Shown here: positions 7,520 through 16,069 of the stretch, piece after piece
Layout of the letters: the number at the start of each line of letters is the position of its first letter
How positions within the stretch are numbered: the stretch's first letter is position 1
Assembly: GCA_049519595.1 (NCBI GenBank)
Contig: JBEKQP010000001.1
Location: forward strand, 3,399-67,398
Source of the DNA: Candidatus Korobacteraceae bacterium
Lineage (GTDB): Bacteria > Acidobacteriota > Terriglobia > Terriglobales > Acidobacteriaceae
Direction: 5' to 3'
Length of the DNA stretch: 64,000 nt
Notes under the pieces: generated by a model
What the model saw: the letters and a program-made list of their open reading frames with translations, nothing else
Told to the model about the DNA's origin: nothing
Database searches by the model: none
Made by a program: the position numbers and the translations under genes

Positions 7520-9052
7520 ATGAGCGACGAGGGAACGCCTCTTCCGCCGACTCCACTGGCGGAGGACCTTTCGCTGAAGGGTCTACTTCGCAACTACATC
7601 AGCTTGATCGGACTCGCGTTGGCGGTCGTATCGCTGGCGAACATCATCTTCTTGTTTCTGATCGATGTCGTTTCCAGCCAGCCCAGTCCCTACATCGGCA
7701 TTTTTGCCTACATGGTGATGCCCGCATTCCTGGTGACGGGCTTGTTCCTGGTGCCTGTCGGGATGTGGATTGAGCGTCATCGGCACCGCCGCAGGATTGC
7801 AACTCTGCACCGCTTCCCGATCCTGGATCTGAATAGCGCCTCGCAGCGCGGTACGATCGCATTCTTTCTGTCCTCCGTGATCCTGTTCATTCTGCTCACG
7901 GCCGCTGGCAGTTATCGTGCCTACGAGTACACCGATTCCGTCCAGTTCTGCGGTCAACTCTGCCACACGGTGATGCATCCGGAATTCACCGCGCACCAAG
8001 CCTCGCCGCACGCTCGGGTTACGTGCGTCGACTGTCACGTGGGAGCTGGCGCGAACTGGTACGTCCGCTCCAAGCTGTCGGGCGCGCGGCAGGTCGTCAA
8101 GACCGTGTTGAACACCTATCCCCGTCCGATCGAAACGCCCGTGGCCAACCTGCGTCCGCCTCAGGAAACCTGCGAGCAGTGTCACTGGCCGAGAAAGTTC
8201 TGGGGAGCGCAATTAAAGGTCATCAATCATTTTTCCAGCGACGAGCAGAACACTCCCCGGCAGTTGCAGTTGCTGATCAAAACCGGTGGCGGCGATCCGA
8301 ATGCCGGCCAGGCAAGTGGAATCCACTGGCACATGAACATCGCCAACATCATCACCTACGCCTCCGATCCCAAGCGGCAGAACATTCCCTACGTGCGCAT
8401 TCAGGACATGAAAGGCAATGTCACCGAGTATTTCGCGCGCGATGCTAAATCCGAAGAGATCGCCAAGATGAGCAGCCGGCGCATGGATTGCGTCGATTGC
8501 CATAACCGCCCCACCCACATTTATCTCGCCCCCGATCGCTCGGTAGATGACTCGCTCGCAGCCAATCGGATTGATCCGAGTTTGCCATACGTGAAGCAGC
8601 AATCGGTCCAGGTGCTGACGGCGGCTTATAAGACGACACCCGAAGCGATGCAGGCTATTGCCGCTGCAATTCCGGCGTTCTATCGCGAAAAATATCCGCA
8701 GGTTGCCGCCGCCAAGCAGGCGCAGATACAAGCTGCGGTCGCCGAGCTACAGCGTGTTTTCCGCACCACCATCTTTCCGGAGATGAAGGTCGACTGGCGT
8801 ACTCACCCGAACAATGTCGGTCACTATTATTTCCAGGGATGCTTCCGTTGCCACGATGGCAACCATGTGAGCAAGGACGGCAAGACGATTAGCAAGGATT
8901 GCAACTCCTGCCATACCGTGCTGTCGCAGCAGGAAGGCGCGAAGTCGCTCATTGCCTCCACCACCGGAATCGTCTTCAAGCATCCGGTGGACTTGGGCGA
9001 TCTTACGGCCGTCAACTGCTCCGACTGTCACAACGGCGGCGTCGGCCCATAA
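7520..9052 (+). CDS. membrane-anchored multihaem cytochrome c, NapC/NirT-related and ImcH-like (3 TM; 6 CXXCH plus 1 CX3CH)
   Basis: Three N-terminal hydrophobic helices. Then FCGQLCH (CX3CH), followed by CVDCH, CEQCH, CVDCH, CFRCH, CNSCH and CSDCH. Confidence 0.85.
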   Translation: MSDEGTPLPPTPLAEDLSLKGLLRNYISLIGLALAVVSLANIIFLFLIDVVSSQPSPYIGIFAYMVMPAFLVTGLFLVPVGMWIERHRHRRRIATLHRFPILDLNSASQRGTIAFFLSSVILFILLTAAGSYRAYEYTDSVQFCGQLCHTVMHPEFTAHQASPHARVTCVDCHVGAGANWYVRSKLSGARQVVKTVLNTYPRPIETPVANLRPPQETCEQCHWPRKFWGAQLKVINHFSSDEQNTPRQLQLLIKTGGGDPNAGQASGIHWHMNIANIITYASDPKRQNIPYVRIQDMKGNVTEYFARDAKSEEIAKMSSRRMDCVDCHNRPTHIYLAPDRSVDDSLAANRIDPSLPYVKQQSVQVLTAAYKTTPEAMQAIAAAIPAFYREKYPQVAAAKQAQIQAAVAELQRVFRTTIFPEMKVDWRTHPNNVGHYYFQGCFRCHDGNHVSKDGKTISKDCNSCHTVLSQQEGAKSLIASTTGIVFKHPVDLGDLTAVNCSDCHNGGVGP

Positions 9053-9082
9053 CCTCAGTTTCGGAAGAAGTAACCTGAATGC

Positions 9083-9183
9083 GGGTGCCCCATTCAAGCG
9101 AAGCTTGGGTGGGGCTTTTATTTGTAATCGCAGCCAGAGCTGCTGGTGCCCCCCACATCTGCCGTAGTAAGCAAGGGTGGGGC
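9083..9183. repeat. two REP-A hairpin elements
   Basis: gggtgccccattcaagcgaagcttgggtggggc (9083..9115) and ggtgccccccacatctgccgtagtaagcaagggtggggc (9145..9183). Confidence 0.75.
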
Positions 9184-9256
9184 TTCATTTCTCCCCGCCC
9201 ACTACCCGTTTTCGCTTCCTCTTTACACCGTAGGGGTGATTCTGCGAAATTAGAAC

Positions 9257-10816
9257 GTGGAACATCCCCCGATTGAATCCATCGTCATCCTCGATTTCGG
9301 CTCGCAATATACCCAATTGATTGCGCGCCGCGTCCGTGAGCAGAACGTTTTCTCCGCCGTTCTGCCGTGTACCGCGGCACTGCCGGAAATCCAAAATTAC
9401 AACCCCGTCGGCATCATTCTTTCGGGCGGCCCATGCTCGGTTTACGACGCTGATGCGCCGCCGGCTGACGCTCGCGTCCTTGCCCTTGGTGTGCCCGTGC
9501 TCGGCATTTGCTATGGCTTGCAATTCATCGCTCACAAACTCGGCGGCAAAGTGAGTCCCGGCGTAAAGCGTGAATACGGCCACGCTGAGGTATCTCTCAT
9601 CGACAAGTCTCCATTGTTTGAGGGTTTGCCCTCGCAGATGAGCGTCTGGATGTCGCACGGCGACGAAGCCTTGGAGTTGCCGGCGGGCTTTCAACTTGTC
9701 GCCAGATCCGCCACTGCGGTGGCTGCCATCGAAGACCGTGCCAGGCGCATCTTTGCCGTACAGTTCCACCCTGAGGTCCACCACACCAGTCACGGCACCG
9801 ATATCCTGCGCAATTTTGTCTTTCGAATCTGCGGAGCCAAGCCGAACTGGACCGCGCAGCGTTTTATCGAATCCACGGTCGAAAGTGTGCGCCAGACAGT
9901 TGGGCCCTCCGGACGCGCCATCTGCGCCATTTCCGGCGGCGTAGACTCATCGGTGGCGGCCACGCTGGTTTCCCGTGCGCTGGGCGAGCGCCTGACCTGC
10001 ATTTTCGTCAACAATGGGGTGCTTCGCAAGCATGAGTTCGAAAAGGTGCAACGGAATCTGCGCAGCAATCTCGGACTCAACGTGGACGCCGTGGACGCCA
10101 GTGAGCGCTTTTTATCGAAACTTGCCGGTGTTTCGGACCCCGAGCGCAAGCGCAAGATTATCGGCAACGAGTTTATCGAGGTGTTCGAGCACGAAGCGCT
10201 CCGCCTCAAGCAGACTTCCGGTCACGTCGAGTGGTTGGTGCAAGGCACGCTTTACCCGGACGTAATCGAATCGCGCTCTGTGCGTGGCCCCTCGCAAACC
10301 ATCAAGAGCCATCACAACGTGGGCGGGCTTCCCGAAAAGATGAACCTCAAGCTCATCGAACCCTTGAAAGATCTTTTCAAGGATGAAGTGCGCCGCATTG
10401 GTCGCGATCTCGGCATGCCCGAGGAAATGGTGCAACGGCAGCCGTTCCCCGGCCCCGGCCTGGCCGTCCGCATCTTAGGCGAAGTTACTCCTGAACGCAT
10501 TGCCTTGTTGCAGGAGGCTGACGATATCGTTGTGTCCGAGATCAGGCGGGCGGGCCTGTACACGCAGATTTGGCAATCATTTGCCGTCCTGCTCCCAGTG
10601 ATGTCCGTCGGCGTGATGGGCGACCAGCGTACTTACGCTTATACCTGCGCCATCCGCGCCGTAAACTCCGAAGACGGCATGACCGCCGATTGGGTTCCGC
10701 TCCCATACGAGGTGCTGAAGACAATCTCCAGCCGCATCGTGAACGAAATCAGAGGCATCAATCGCGTCGTCTACGACGTGACCTCGAAGCCGCCCGGAAC
10801 CATCGAGTGGGAGTGA
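9257..10816 (+). CDS. guaA: GMP synthase (glutamine-hydrolysing)
   Basis: GATase-1 N-domain ([24 protein letters not shown]), PP-loop SGGVDSS, and the canonical C-terminus ...[12 protein letters not shown] start. Confidence 0.97.
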   Translation: MEHPPIESIVILDFGSQYTQLIARRVREQNVFSAVLPCTAALPEIQNYNPVGIILSGGPCSVYDADAPPADARVLALGVPVLGICYGLQFIAHKLGGKVSPGVKREYGHAEVSLIDKSPLFEGLPSQMSVWMSHGDEALELPAGFQLVARSATAVAAIEDRARRIFAVQFHPEVHHTSHGTDILRNFVFRICGAKPNWTAQRFIESTVESVRQTVGPSGRAICAISGGVDSSVAATLVSRALGERLTCIFVNNGVLRKHEFEKVQRNLRSNLGLNVDAVDASERFLSKLAGVSDPERKRKIIGNEFIEVFEHEALRLKQTSGHVEWLVQGTLYPDVIESRSVRGPSQTIKSHHNVGGLPEKMNLKLIEPLKDLFKDEVRRIGRDLGMPEEMVQRQPFPGPGLAVRILGEVTPERIALLQEADDIVVSEIRRAGLYTQIWQSFAVLLPVMSVGVMGDQRTYAYTCAIRAVNSEDGMTADWVPLPYEVLKTISSRIVNEIRGINRVVYDVTSKPPGTIEWE

Positions 10817-10850
10817 CTTCGGGCGCCAGTATAGTTGGCCCACATTTGCG

Positions 10851-11123
10851 GGTGCCCCACGCTCGCGCTCCGTTGGTTAACGTGGGGTGGTTGTCTTGAA
10901 AATATAGGCGGATCGGGTGGCCCATTCTAGCCCGCTGTTGGCTAGAGTGGGGTAGTTTCCTCGTGTGGGCCAGTGAGAAGCCTGTCTCGTGTGGGTCCGT
11001 TCTTTCGCAATTTGAACCGCTCCGTGAACAGTGCTGAAGGGAAAGCAAGATTTGCCCGGAGGAAACGACCTTGGCCGGGGTGCCCCACGTCCCGCCCGTC
11101 CTTCGGGCTGACGTGGGGGTAGC
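10851..11123. repeat. three REP-A hairpin elements in the guaA-SDR intergenic region
   Basis: Copies at 10851..10890, 10917..10955 and 11078..11123. Each has a GGTGSCCCA arm and a TGGGGTAG arm. Confidence 0.8.
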
Positions 11124-11166
11124 TTCCCGGTTTTTTGAGAATCAAGATTTGTCCGGAGGGACGACC

Positions 11167-11919
11167 GTGGGAAATCAAGGGACATTGATTGTAACTGGCG
11201 GCAGCAGAGGTATTGGCGCTGCCGTGGCCAAATTGGGTGCAGCCCGGGGGTATTCGGTTGCGGTGAATTACCAGAGCAACCAAGCCGCTGCGCTGGCGGT
11301 GGTCCGCGAGATCGAGGTGGCGGGAGGCCGCGCCATAGCCATTGGCGGCGATGTTGCCAAAGAGCAAGACGTGCTGCGCTTGTTCACCACGGCCACGCGC
11401 GATCTGGGGCCCATCACAGCGTTGGTGAACAATGCTGGCATCACGGGCAAGGCCGGTCGCGTGGAGGCACTTGAGCTTCAAGTTCTGGAACGCGTCCTTG
11501 CTGTGAATGTCGTGGGGGCGGTGCTGTGCGCGCGTGAGGCCGTGCGGTGCATGTCCACTCGTAAGGGCGGCCAGGGTGGCGCTATCGTGAATATCGGCTC
11601 CCGCGCCTCTGAACTGGGTGGCGCCGGCGAGTGGGTCCACTACGGCTTGAGCAAGGGCGCGATTGATACCTTCACCGTAGGCTTGGCCAGAGAAGTCGCT
11701 GCCGAGGGGATTCGGGTGAACGCAGTTTCTCCCGGCTTGATTGATACCGAGTTGCATGCTGCCGCTGGAGTCGCGGATCGTTTGCCCCGGCTTGCCGCTA
11801 CTGTCCCAATACCTCGAATCGGTGAGGCTGCTGAAGTTGCCGAGGGTGTGCTCTGGCTGCTCTCGCCGGCGGCTTCCTACATTACAGGCGCAATTATCCC
11901 CATCAGCGGCGGGCGGTGA
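11167..11919 (+). CDS. short-chain dehydrogenase/reductase (SDR) family oxidoreductase
   Basis: TGGSRGIGAAVA (TGxxxGxG) and the YGLSK catalytic motif. Start moved to GTG 11167, behind GGAGG at 11155, because the N-terminus of ORF 11071 is read through a REP element. Confidence 0.9.
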   Translation: MGNQGTLIVTGGSRGIGAAVAKLGAARGYSVAVNYQSNQAAALAVVREIEVAGGRAIAIGGDVAKEQDVLRLFTTATRDLGPITALVNNAGITGKAGRVEALELQVLERVLAVNVVGAVLCAREAVRCMSTRKGGQGGAIVNIGSRASELGGAGEWVHYGLSKGAIDTFTVGLAREVAAEGIRVNAVSPGLIDTELHAAAGVADRLPRLAATVPIPRIGEAAEVAEGVLWLLSPAASYITGAIIPISGGR

Positions 11920-11987
11920 GTAGTTTCCCGTACACGAAGGGCCATCGCACTTAGGGACATACCACTTAGGTTATCTCCTATATTTCC

Positions 11988-12395
11988 TTGCCTAACAGTA
12001 CTCTTCCGCGAACAGCAATGAACCGGGACATCAAAATCGTTCCGCCGGAAAATGGCTATCCGGCATTGCGCCGGTGGGCGCGCTATCAAGCACACTTGGT
12101 CACCTGCCTCATCGCCCAAAAGCCAAAGAAAGCGGTTATTGTTCCAGGCCGTGGCTCGGAGCTGAACCACGGCGGGATGACTGTTTATGCCGGCGTCGAG
12201 CTGGCGGTCAATGAGCATGTCAGGGTCTCATTCACCCCGCCTTACAGTGGAGAGTCGATGACACTCCAGTGTGTGATTCGCGATCGCAACGGCTATACCT
12301 ATGGCGTCGAATTCATCCACGACGAAATCGCCTGCGACCAAAGCAACCAGATGCAACGCATTCTGGACGCCATTGAAGAGTTGAAGCGCAAGTGA
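11988..12395 (+). CDS. small PilZ-like domain protein (tentative)
   Basis: RRWAR resembles the RxxxR motif and SELNHGGMTV resembles the DxSxxG region of PilZ. Alternative start is ATG 12018. Confidence 0.5.
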   Translation: MPNSTLPRTAMNRDIKIVPPENGYPALRRWARYQAHLVTCLIAQKPKKAVIVPGRGSELNHGGMTVYAGVELAVNEHVRVSFTPPYSGESMTLQCVIRDRNGYTYGVEFIHDEIACDQSNQMQRILDAIEELKRK

Positions 12396-12460
12396 GCGAC
12401 GGGCCCCCGCGCGGGTACACCTCAAAAATTCTCCAATATGCCAATGAATCAAGCGGGGTG

Positions 12461-12500
12461 GGTGGCCCATTCAAGCCGTCTGTTGGCTTGAGTGGGGCAG
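12461..12500. repeat. REP-A hairpin element
   Basis: ggtggcccattcaagccgtctgttggcttgagtggggcag. Confidence 0.85.
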
Positions 12501-12540
12501 TTACTTTCTGAGCGTTCCAGAAAAAGTCTTTCTGAACCAC

Positions 12541-13056
12541 TCAAGCCAATCTGGCCGCTAATCCTATCACTGCCGCGCCCAGGATCGCCCAAGCCGTCGA
12601 GCGTTTGGTGATCACCAGGAAGAGAAAGCTTCCAATGGCGATCACAATCGGAACGATCCCTGTCAGCGAATCGCGAGCGAGCGGGACGGTGGCGCTCACC
12701 AGCAAGCCTGCCGCGGCAAATGTCACGGCCCGTATCGCACTCCTCACGGCTGGCTTGTCGGCCTTGCGGCCCAGGTATTGCAGCAATGGGATGATCAGGA
12801 ACGCCGGCGTGATTACGGCCAGCAACCCGGCGAGGCCCCCTGGAACGCCGCCGACAAAATATCCCACGCTCACGACGAAAAGGCCATTGGGACCTGGTGC
12901 GGTTTGCCCGGCAGCCACCGCCGCGTTCAGTTGCCGGTCCGTCAGCACGTGACGCACCTCGATCAGGTCGTGCCGGATAACTGGAATCGAGGTCACTCCA
13001 CTGAAAGAAGTCAGCGTCGCCTTGGCAAGCAGCAGGTAAAGCACCAGTAGGCTCAT
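12541..13056 (-). CDS. chrA: chromate transporter (CHR family), second half-size subunit
   Basis: MSLLVLYLLLAKATLTSFSGVTSIPVIRHDL...GPNGLFVVSVGYF. The ATGA overlap with the upstream half-gene suggests translational coupling. Confidence 0.85.
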   Translation of the reverse strand: MSLLVLYLLLAKATLTSFSGVTSIPVIRHDLIEVRHVLTDRQLNAAVAAGQTAPGPNGLFVVSVGYFVGGVPGGLAGLLAVITPAFLIIPLLQYLGRKADKPAVRSAIRAVTFAAAGLLVSATVPLARDSLTGIVPIVIAIGSFLFLVITKRSTAWAILGAAVIGLAARLA

Positions 13057-13598
13057 TCCGGTACCCGCCAGACTGTACCAACTACGGCCGCCAGGCCGAG
13101 AACCGCGATCGGCGCCATGTCGAGTGTGAGTGTGAGCAATACCGCACCCCCGGCGAGCACCACAACGTGAATCCAACGCTTGCGGTCGAGGTATGGCTGA
13201 AGTAATTGCCAGGAAGCCATTGCCATGATTCCCACTGCCGCCGCCAGGGTACCGGCGACCGCGGCCATGGCGTTGGAATTCGATCGCACCACGTCATAGC
13301 TGCCGGTGAGCACCATCACAATGATGCCGGTCGGCACGCTCGCCGCCGCCACGCTCGCGATAGCCCCCGGCCAGCCGAGCAACTCCCAGGCGGTTCCCGC
13401 GCAGAAGGCCAGCATGTTCGTTCCCGGCGTAATCCGCGCCAGCGCATAAACCGTGGCGTACTGTTCCTGCGTCAGCCACTTGCGCAGCGACACCAGTTCC
13501 GTGTGCAGCGCCGCCATAGTGATGGTGCCGCCGCCAAACGTTAGATTCGTCACTCGCAGATACGACAAGAAAAGCTTCAGAAGAGACGGACGCTTCAC
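13053..13598 (-). CDS. chrA: chromate transporter (CHR family), first half-size subunit
   Basis: LKLFLSYLRVTNLTFGGGTITMAALHTELV...ARITPGTNMLAF is the typical ChrA signature. Confidence 0.88.
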   Translation of the reverse strand: MKRPSLLKLFLSYLRVTNLTFGGGTITMAALHTELVSLRKWLTQEQYATVYALARITPGTNMLAFCAGTAWELLGWPGAIASVAAASVPTGIIVMVLTGSYDVVRSNSNAMAAVAGTLAAAVGIMAMASWQLLQPYLDRKRWIHVVVLAGGAVLLTLTLDMAPIAVLGLAAVVGTVWRVPE

Positions 13599-13657
13599 AT
13601 TTGTAATGTAACACTAGCGCTTTAGCTTGCCCGCGATCTCAGCTTTCGTGGCTGCGC

Positions 13658-13754
13658 GAGCCCGCGCAGCGGGCATTAGACGATAGCCCCATGGCGCAAG
13701 CCTGGGGTAGGCATGGACGTTTGCAGTCCCAGCCCGCGCGGCGGGCGTAAGACG
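13658..13754. repeat. two copies of a short GC hairpin repeat (AGCCCGCGCRGCGGGCRTWAGACG, family C) flanking a mini REP hairpin
   Basis: Copies at 13658..13682 and 13730..13754, with a third related copy at 18710..18735. The mini hairpin ccccatggcgcaagcctgggg lies between the first two. Confidence 0.6.
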
Positions 13755-13935
13755 GCATGCAAGGTCGGGACAGCAGTTCCGTTTTGGGGCTAGATGTTGA
13801 GAACACCTGTTCACGCCAATATAGGAGCAGCTACAATGTGGCTGCTGGAGGCTGGCTACTGACTCTCAAAAGAAACAGTCTCAATGACCTCCGGCGAGTT
13901 AATTCCTCGGCTCTAATGCGAAAGCGAGTTGAGTT

Positions 13936-15282
13936 ATGACCTACCCTGATGAGCAGTCATCCTCGAAAGCTCTGTATCAGCGTGCAAGGCGCAGTTTACC
14001 GGGAGGGAACACCCGCAGCATCGTCTACATGAGCCCATATCCCATTTATGCCGTTCGCGGCTGCGGCTGCCGTGTCTGGGACCGGGATAACGTGTCGCGG
14101 ATCGACTGTCTTAATAACTTCACTTCCCTTATTCATGGTCACGCCCACCCTGAAGTGACCCGAGCCGTCTGCGAGCAGGTGAGCATGGGTTCGGCGTTTG
14201 GATTACCCACGGAATCCGAAGTCGAACTCGCGGAATTGCTATGCCAGCGCGTCGCATCCATCGAGAAACTTGTCTTCAATAACTCGGGCACAGAAGCCGT
14301 AATGATGGCCATCAGGGCAGCACGCGCCTTCACGGGCAGGCAAAAGATTGCAAAGGTCGAAGGCGCATATCACGGATCATACGATTATGCGGAGGTGAGC
14401 CTCGATCCCAGTCCAGAGACTTGGGGCGATCCGCCGTCCTCGTTGCCATACGCACGCGGCATACCCACGCCAGTACTGAACGATGTTGTCACGATCCCGT
14501 TTAACAACTGTGCCAAGAGCGAAGGGCTCATCAGAAAGCAAGGTTCAGAACTTGCGGCTGTGCTCATTGACCCAATGCCAAATCGCGTGGGTCTGATACC
14601 TGCCGATCAGGATTATTTGCGAATGCTTCGTCGCGTTACCACCGACATTGGTGCCGTGCTTGTTTTTGACGAAGTTATCAGCTTTCGACTCGGGTACAAC
14701 GGAACTCAAGCAATCTGGGGCACGCAGGCTGACATCACTGCCATGGGGAAAGTCATTGGCGGAGGATTTCCGGTTGGAGCAGTTGGCGGGCGTAGTGAGA
14801 TCATGGCCTTGTTCGACGCCAGTAAAGCAAAGCCGGCAATTCCCGTCGAGGGTACTTACTGTGGCAATCCCGTAACGATGCGGGCAGGGCTGGCCACGAT
14901 GCGCCTGCTGGATCAATCGGCATTCACAAAGCTCAATAAAATGGGTGATCAGGTCCGCAGCGGAATAGCCGAGGCGTTCCGCCATTTAGGTGTGGTTGGT
15001 CAGGTGGTTGGTGCTGGGTCACTGCTGAGGGTGCATTTTACCGATCGCTCACTGCGGGATTATCGTTCCGCTTTCCCGAGCAAAGAAGAAGCAGACATGC
15101 TTGCCACATTTCATCGCAATCTTCTGAACCGAGGCATCTTGGCTGCGCGATCTGGGATGATGGCGCTCTCAACAGCAATGACCGACGACGAGATTGCGGA
15201 GATCGTCGAAGCCGCCAGTGGTGCGATCCAAGCGGTTGCTGGACGGCATTTGACGAGGCACGTTACGGCGCAATCATCGTAG
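13936..15282 (+). CDS. class-III PLP aminotransferase, glutamate-1-semialdehyde aminomutase-like paralogue
   Basis: NSGTEAVMMAIRAARAFTGR, VFDEVISFRLGY, and the PLP-Lys region TAMGKVIGGGFPVGAVGG. LPGGNTRS replaces the HemL-type PGGVNSPVR, so I do not call it hemL. Confidence 0.85.
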   Translation: MTYPDEQSSSKALYQRARRSLPGGNTRSIVYMSPYPIYAVRGCGCRVWDRDNVSRIDCLNNFTSLIHGHAHPEVTRAVCEQVSMGSAFGLPTESEVELAELLCQRVASIEKLVFNNSGTEAVMMAIRAARAFTGRQKIAKVEGAYHGSYDYAEVSLDPSPETWGDPPSSLPYARGIPTPVLNDVVTIPFNNCAKSEGLIRKQGSELAAVLIDPMPNRVGLIPADQDYLRMLRRVTTDIGAVLVFDEVISFRLGYNGTQAIWGTQADITAMGKVIGGGFPVGAVGGRSEIMALFDASKAKPAIPVEGTYCGNPVTMRAGLATMRLLDQSAFTKLNKMGDQVRSGIAEAFRHLGVVGQVVGAGSLLRVHFTDRSLRDYRSAFPSKEEADMLATFHRNLLNRGILAARSGMMALSTAMTDDEIAEIVEAASGAIQAVAGRHLTRHVTAQSS

Positions 15283-15394
15283 TCGGGTGCCGCCCGGTGG
15301 AGATGGACTGTTGATAAATCGCCTTATCAACAGTTACGGTCGAGGCGGGTTGGCTAGTCCACCCCGCGAGCCTTTGCGCAGGGTGGGCGTCGAT

Positions 15395-16069
15395 CTACTC
15401 CGTATGTTTCTTTGCGTCTTCCAGGATGCGCTCAGCCCGCGCCGGATTGTAAATGCCGCAAGAGCAGAAGTGAGTCAGATACTTCGCCGCCTGTTCCGGT
15501 GTACGGCGGCCTTCCTTCACCCAATCGACCATCTTGTGCGCCAGATTAGCGCTGACCATGCCGTGACCGCACATAGTCGTCAGCATCAGCACCTGCGTAT
15601 TCGGCAGCTTCTCGGTCTGACCCTCGAAACCGAGTGAGTAGGAGAGACTATGCCGCGGTTGGCCGGCAGCGCAGGAACATGCCATCGCGTTTTCCAGCGA
15701 GGTCGACATGTTGACGCACAGCCCAAGGTCGGCTTCCTTGACCTCTTTGAGAAACTTCTCGGCTGCTTCCAGGTTATTGAGCACGACCACGGCATTGGTC
15801 GGAGCATCGATGCCGTCAATCACGGTGCGGTATTCCAGCTCCATGCCGCGACTCCAGTGCGCGCTGGGCGTCAGTTCTTTGGGCCGCAGCGCTCCGCCGT
15901 GCGCGGAATCGCCCAGGTTCACGGGATTGTATTTGAGCGCCATTTCCAGGAAGCGCTTTAGTTTGGGCACGCAGTTCTTGTCGTTCTTGCCCCGGCTCGT
16001 ACGGGCAAAGATCACGATATCGTCGCGGAAGCTTTCGCTGCTGCCAAAGCGATGAAGTGTATTAGTCAT
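15395..16069 (-). CDS. Cys-rich hypothetical protein (no family recognised)
   Basis: 224-aa ORF with ACSCAAG, TTMCGHGM and HFCSCG motifs. It overlaps the upstream ferredoxin-like gene by 8 nt. Confidence 0.7.
   Translation of the reverse strand: MTNTLHRFGSSESFRDDIVIFARTSRGKNDKNCVPKLKRFLEMALKYNPVNLGDSAHGGALRPKELTPSAHWSRGMELEYRTVIDGIDAPTNAVVVLNNLEAAEKFLKEVKEADLGLCVNMSTSLENAMACSCAAGQPRHSLSYSLGFEGQTEKLPNTQVLMLTTMCGHGMVSANLAHKMVDWVKEGRRTPEQAAKYLTHFCSCGIYNPARAERILEDAKKHTE

Noticed and set aside
10942-11757. 271-aa minus-strand ORF opposite the SDR gene
   Set aside because: It is antisense to a frame with clear TGxxxGxG and YxxxK motifs, and it runs through REP elements at its 3-prime end.
12228-12540. 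Small ORFs translated through REP elements (e.g. 12228..12470, 12313..12540, 21498..21770, 10758..11048) giving recurring peptides such as PTQANRRLEWATH
   Set aside because: The recurrence comes from the DNA repeat itself. The frames differ between copies and the elements are palindromic, so these are not protein families.
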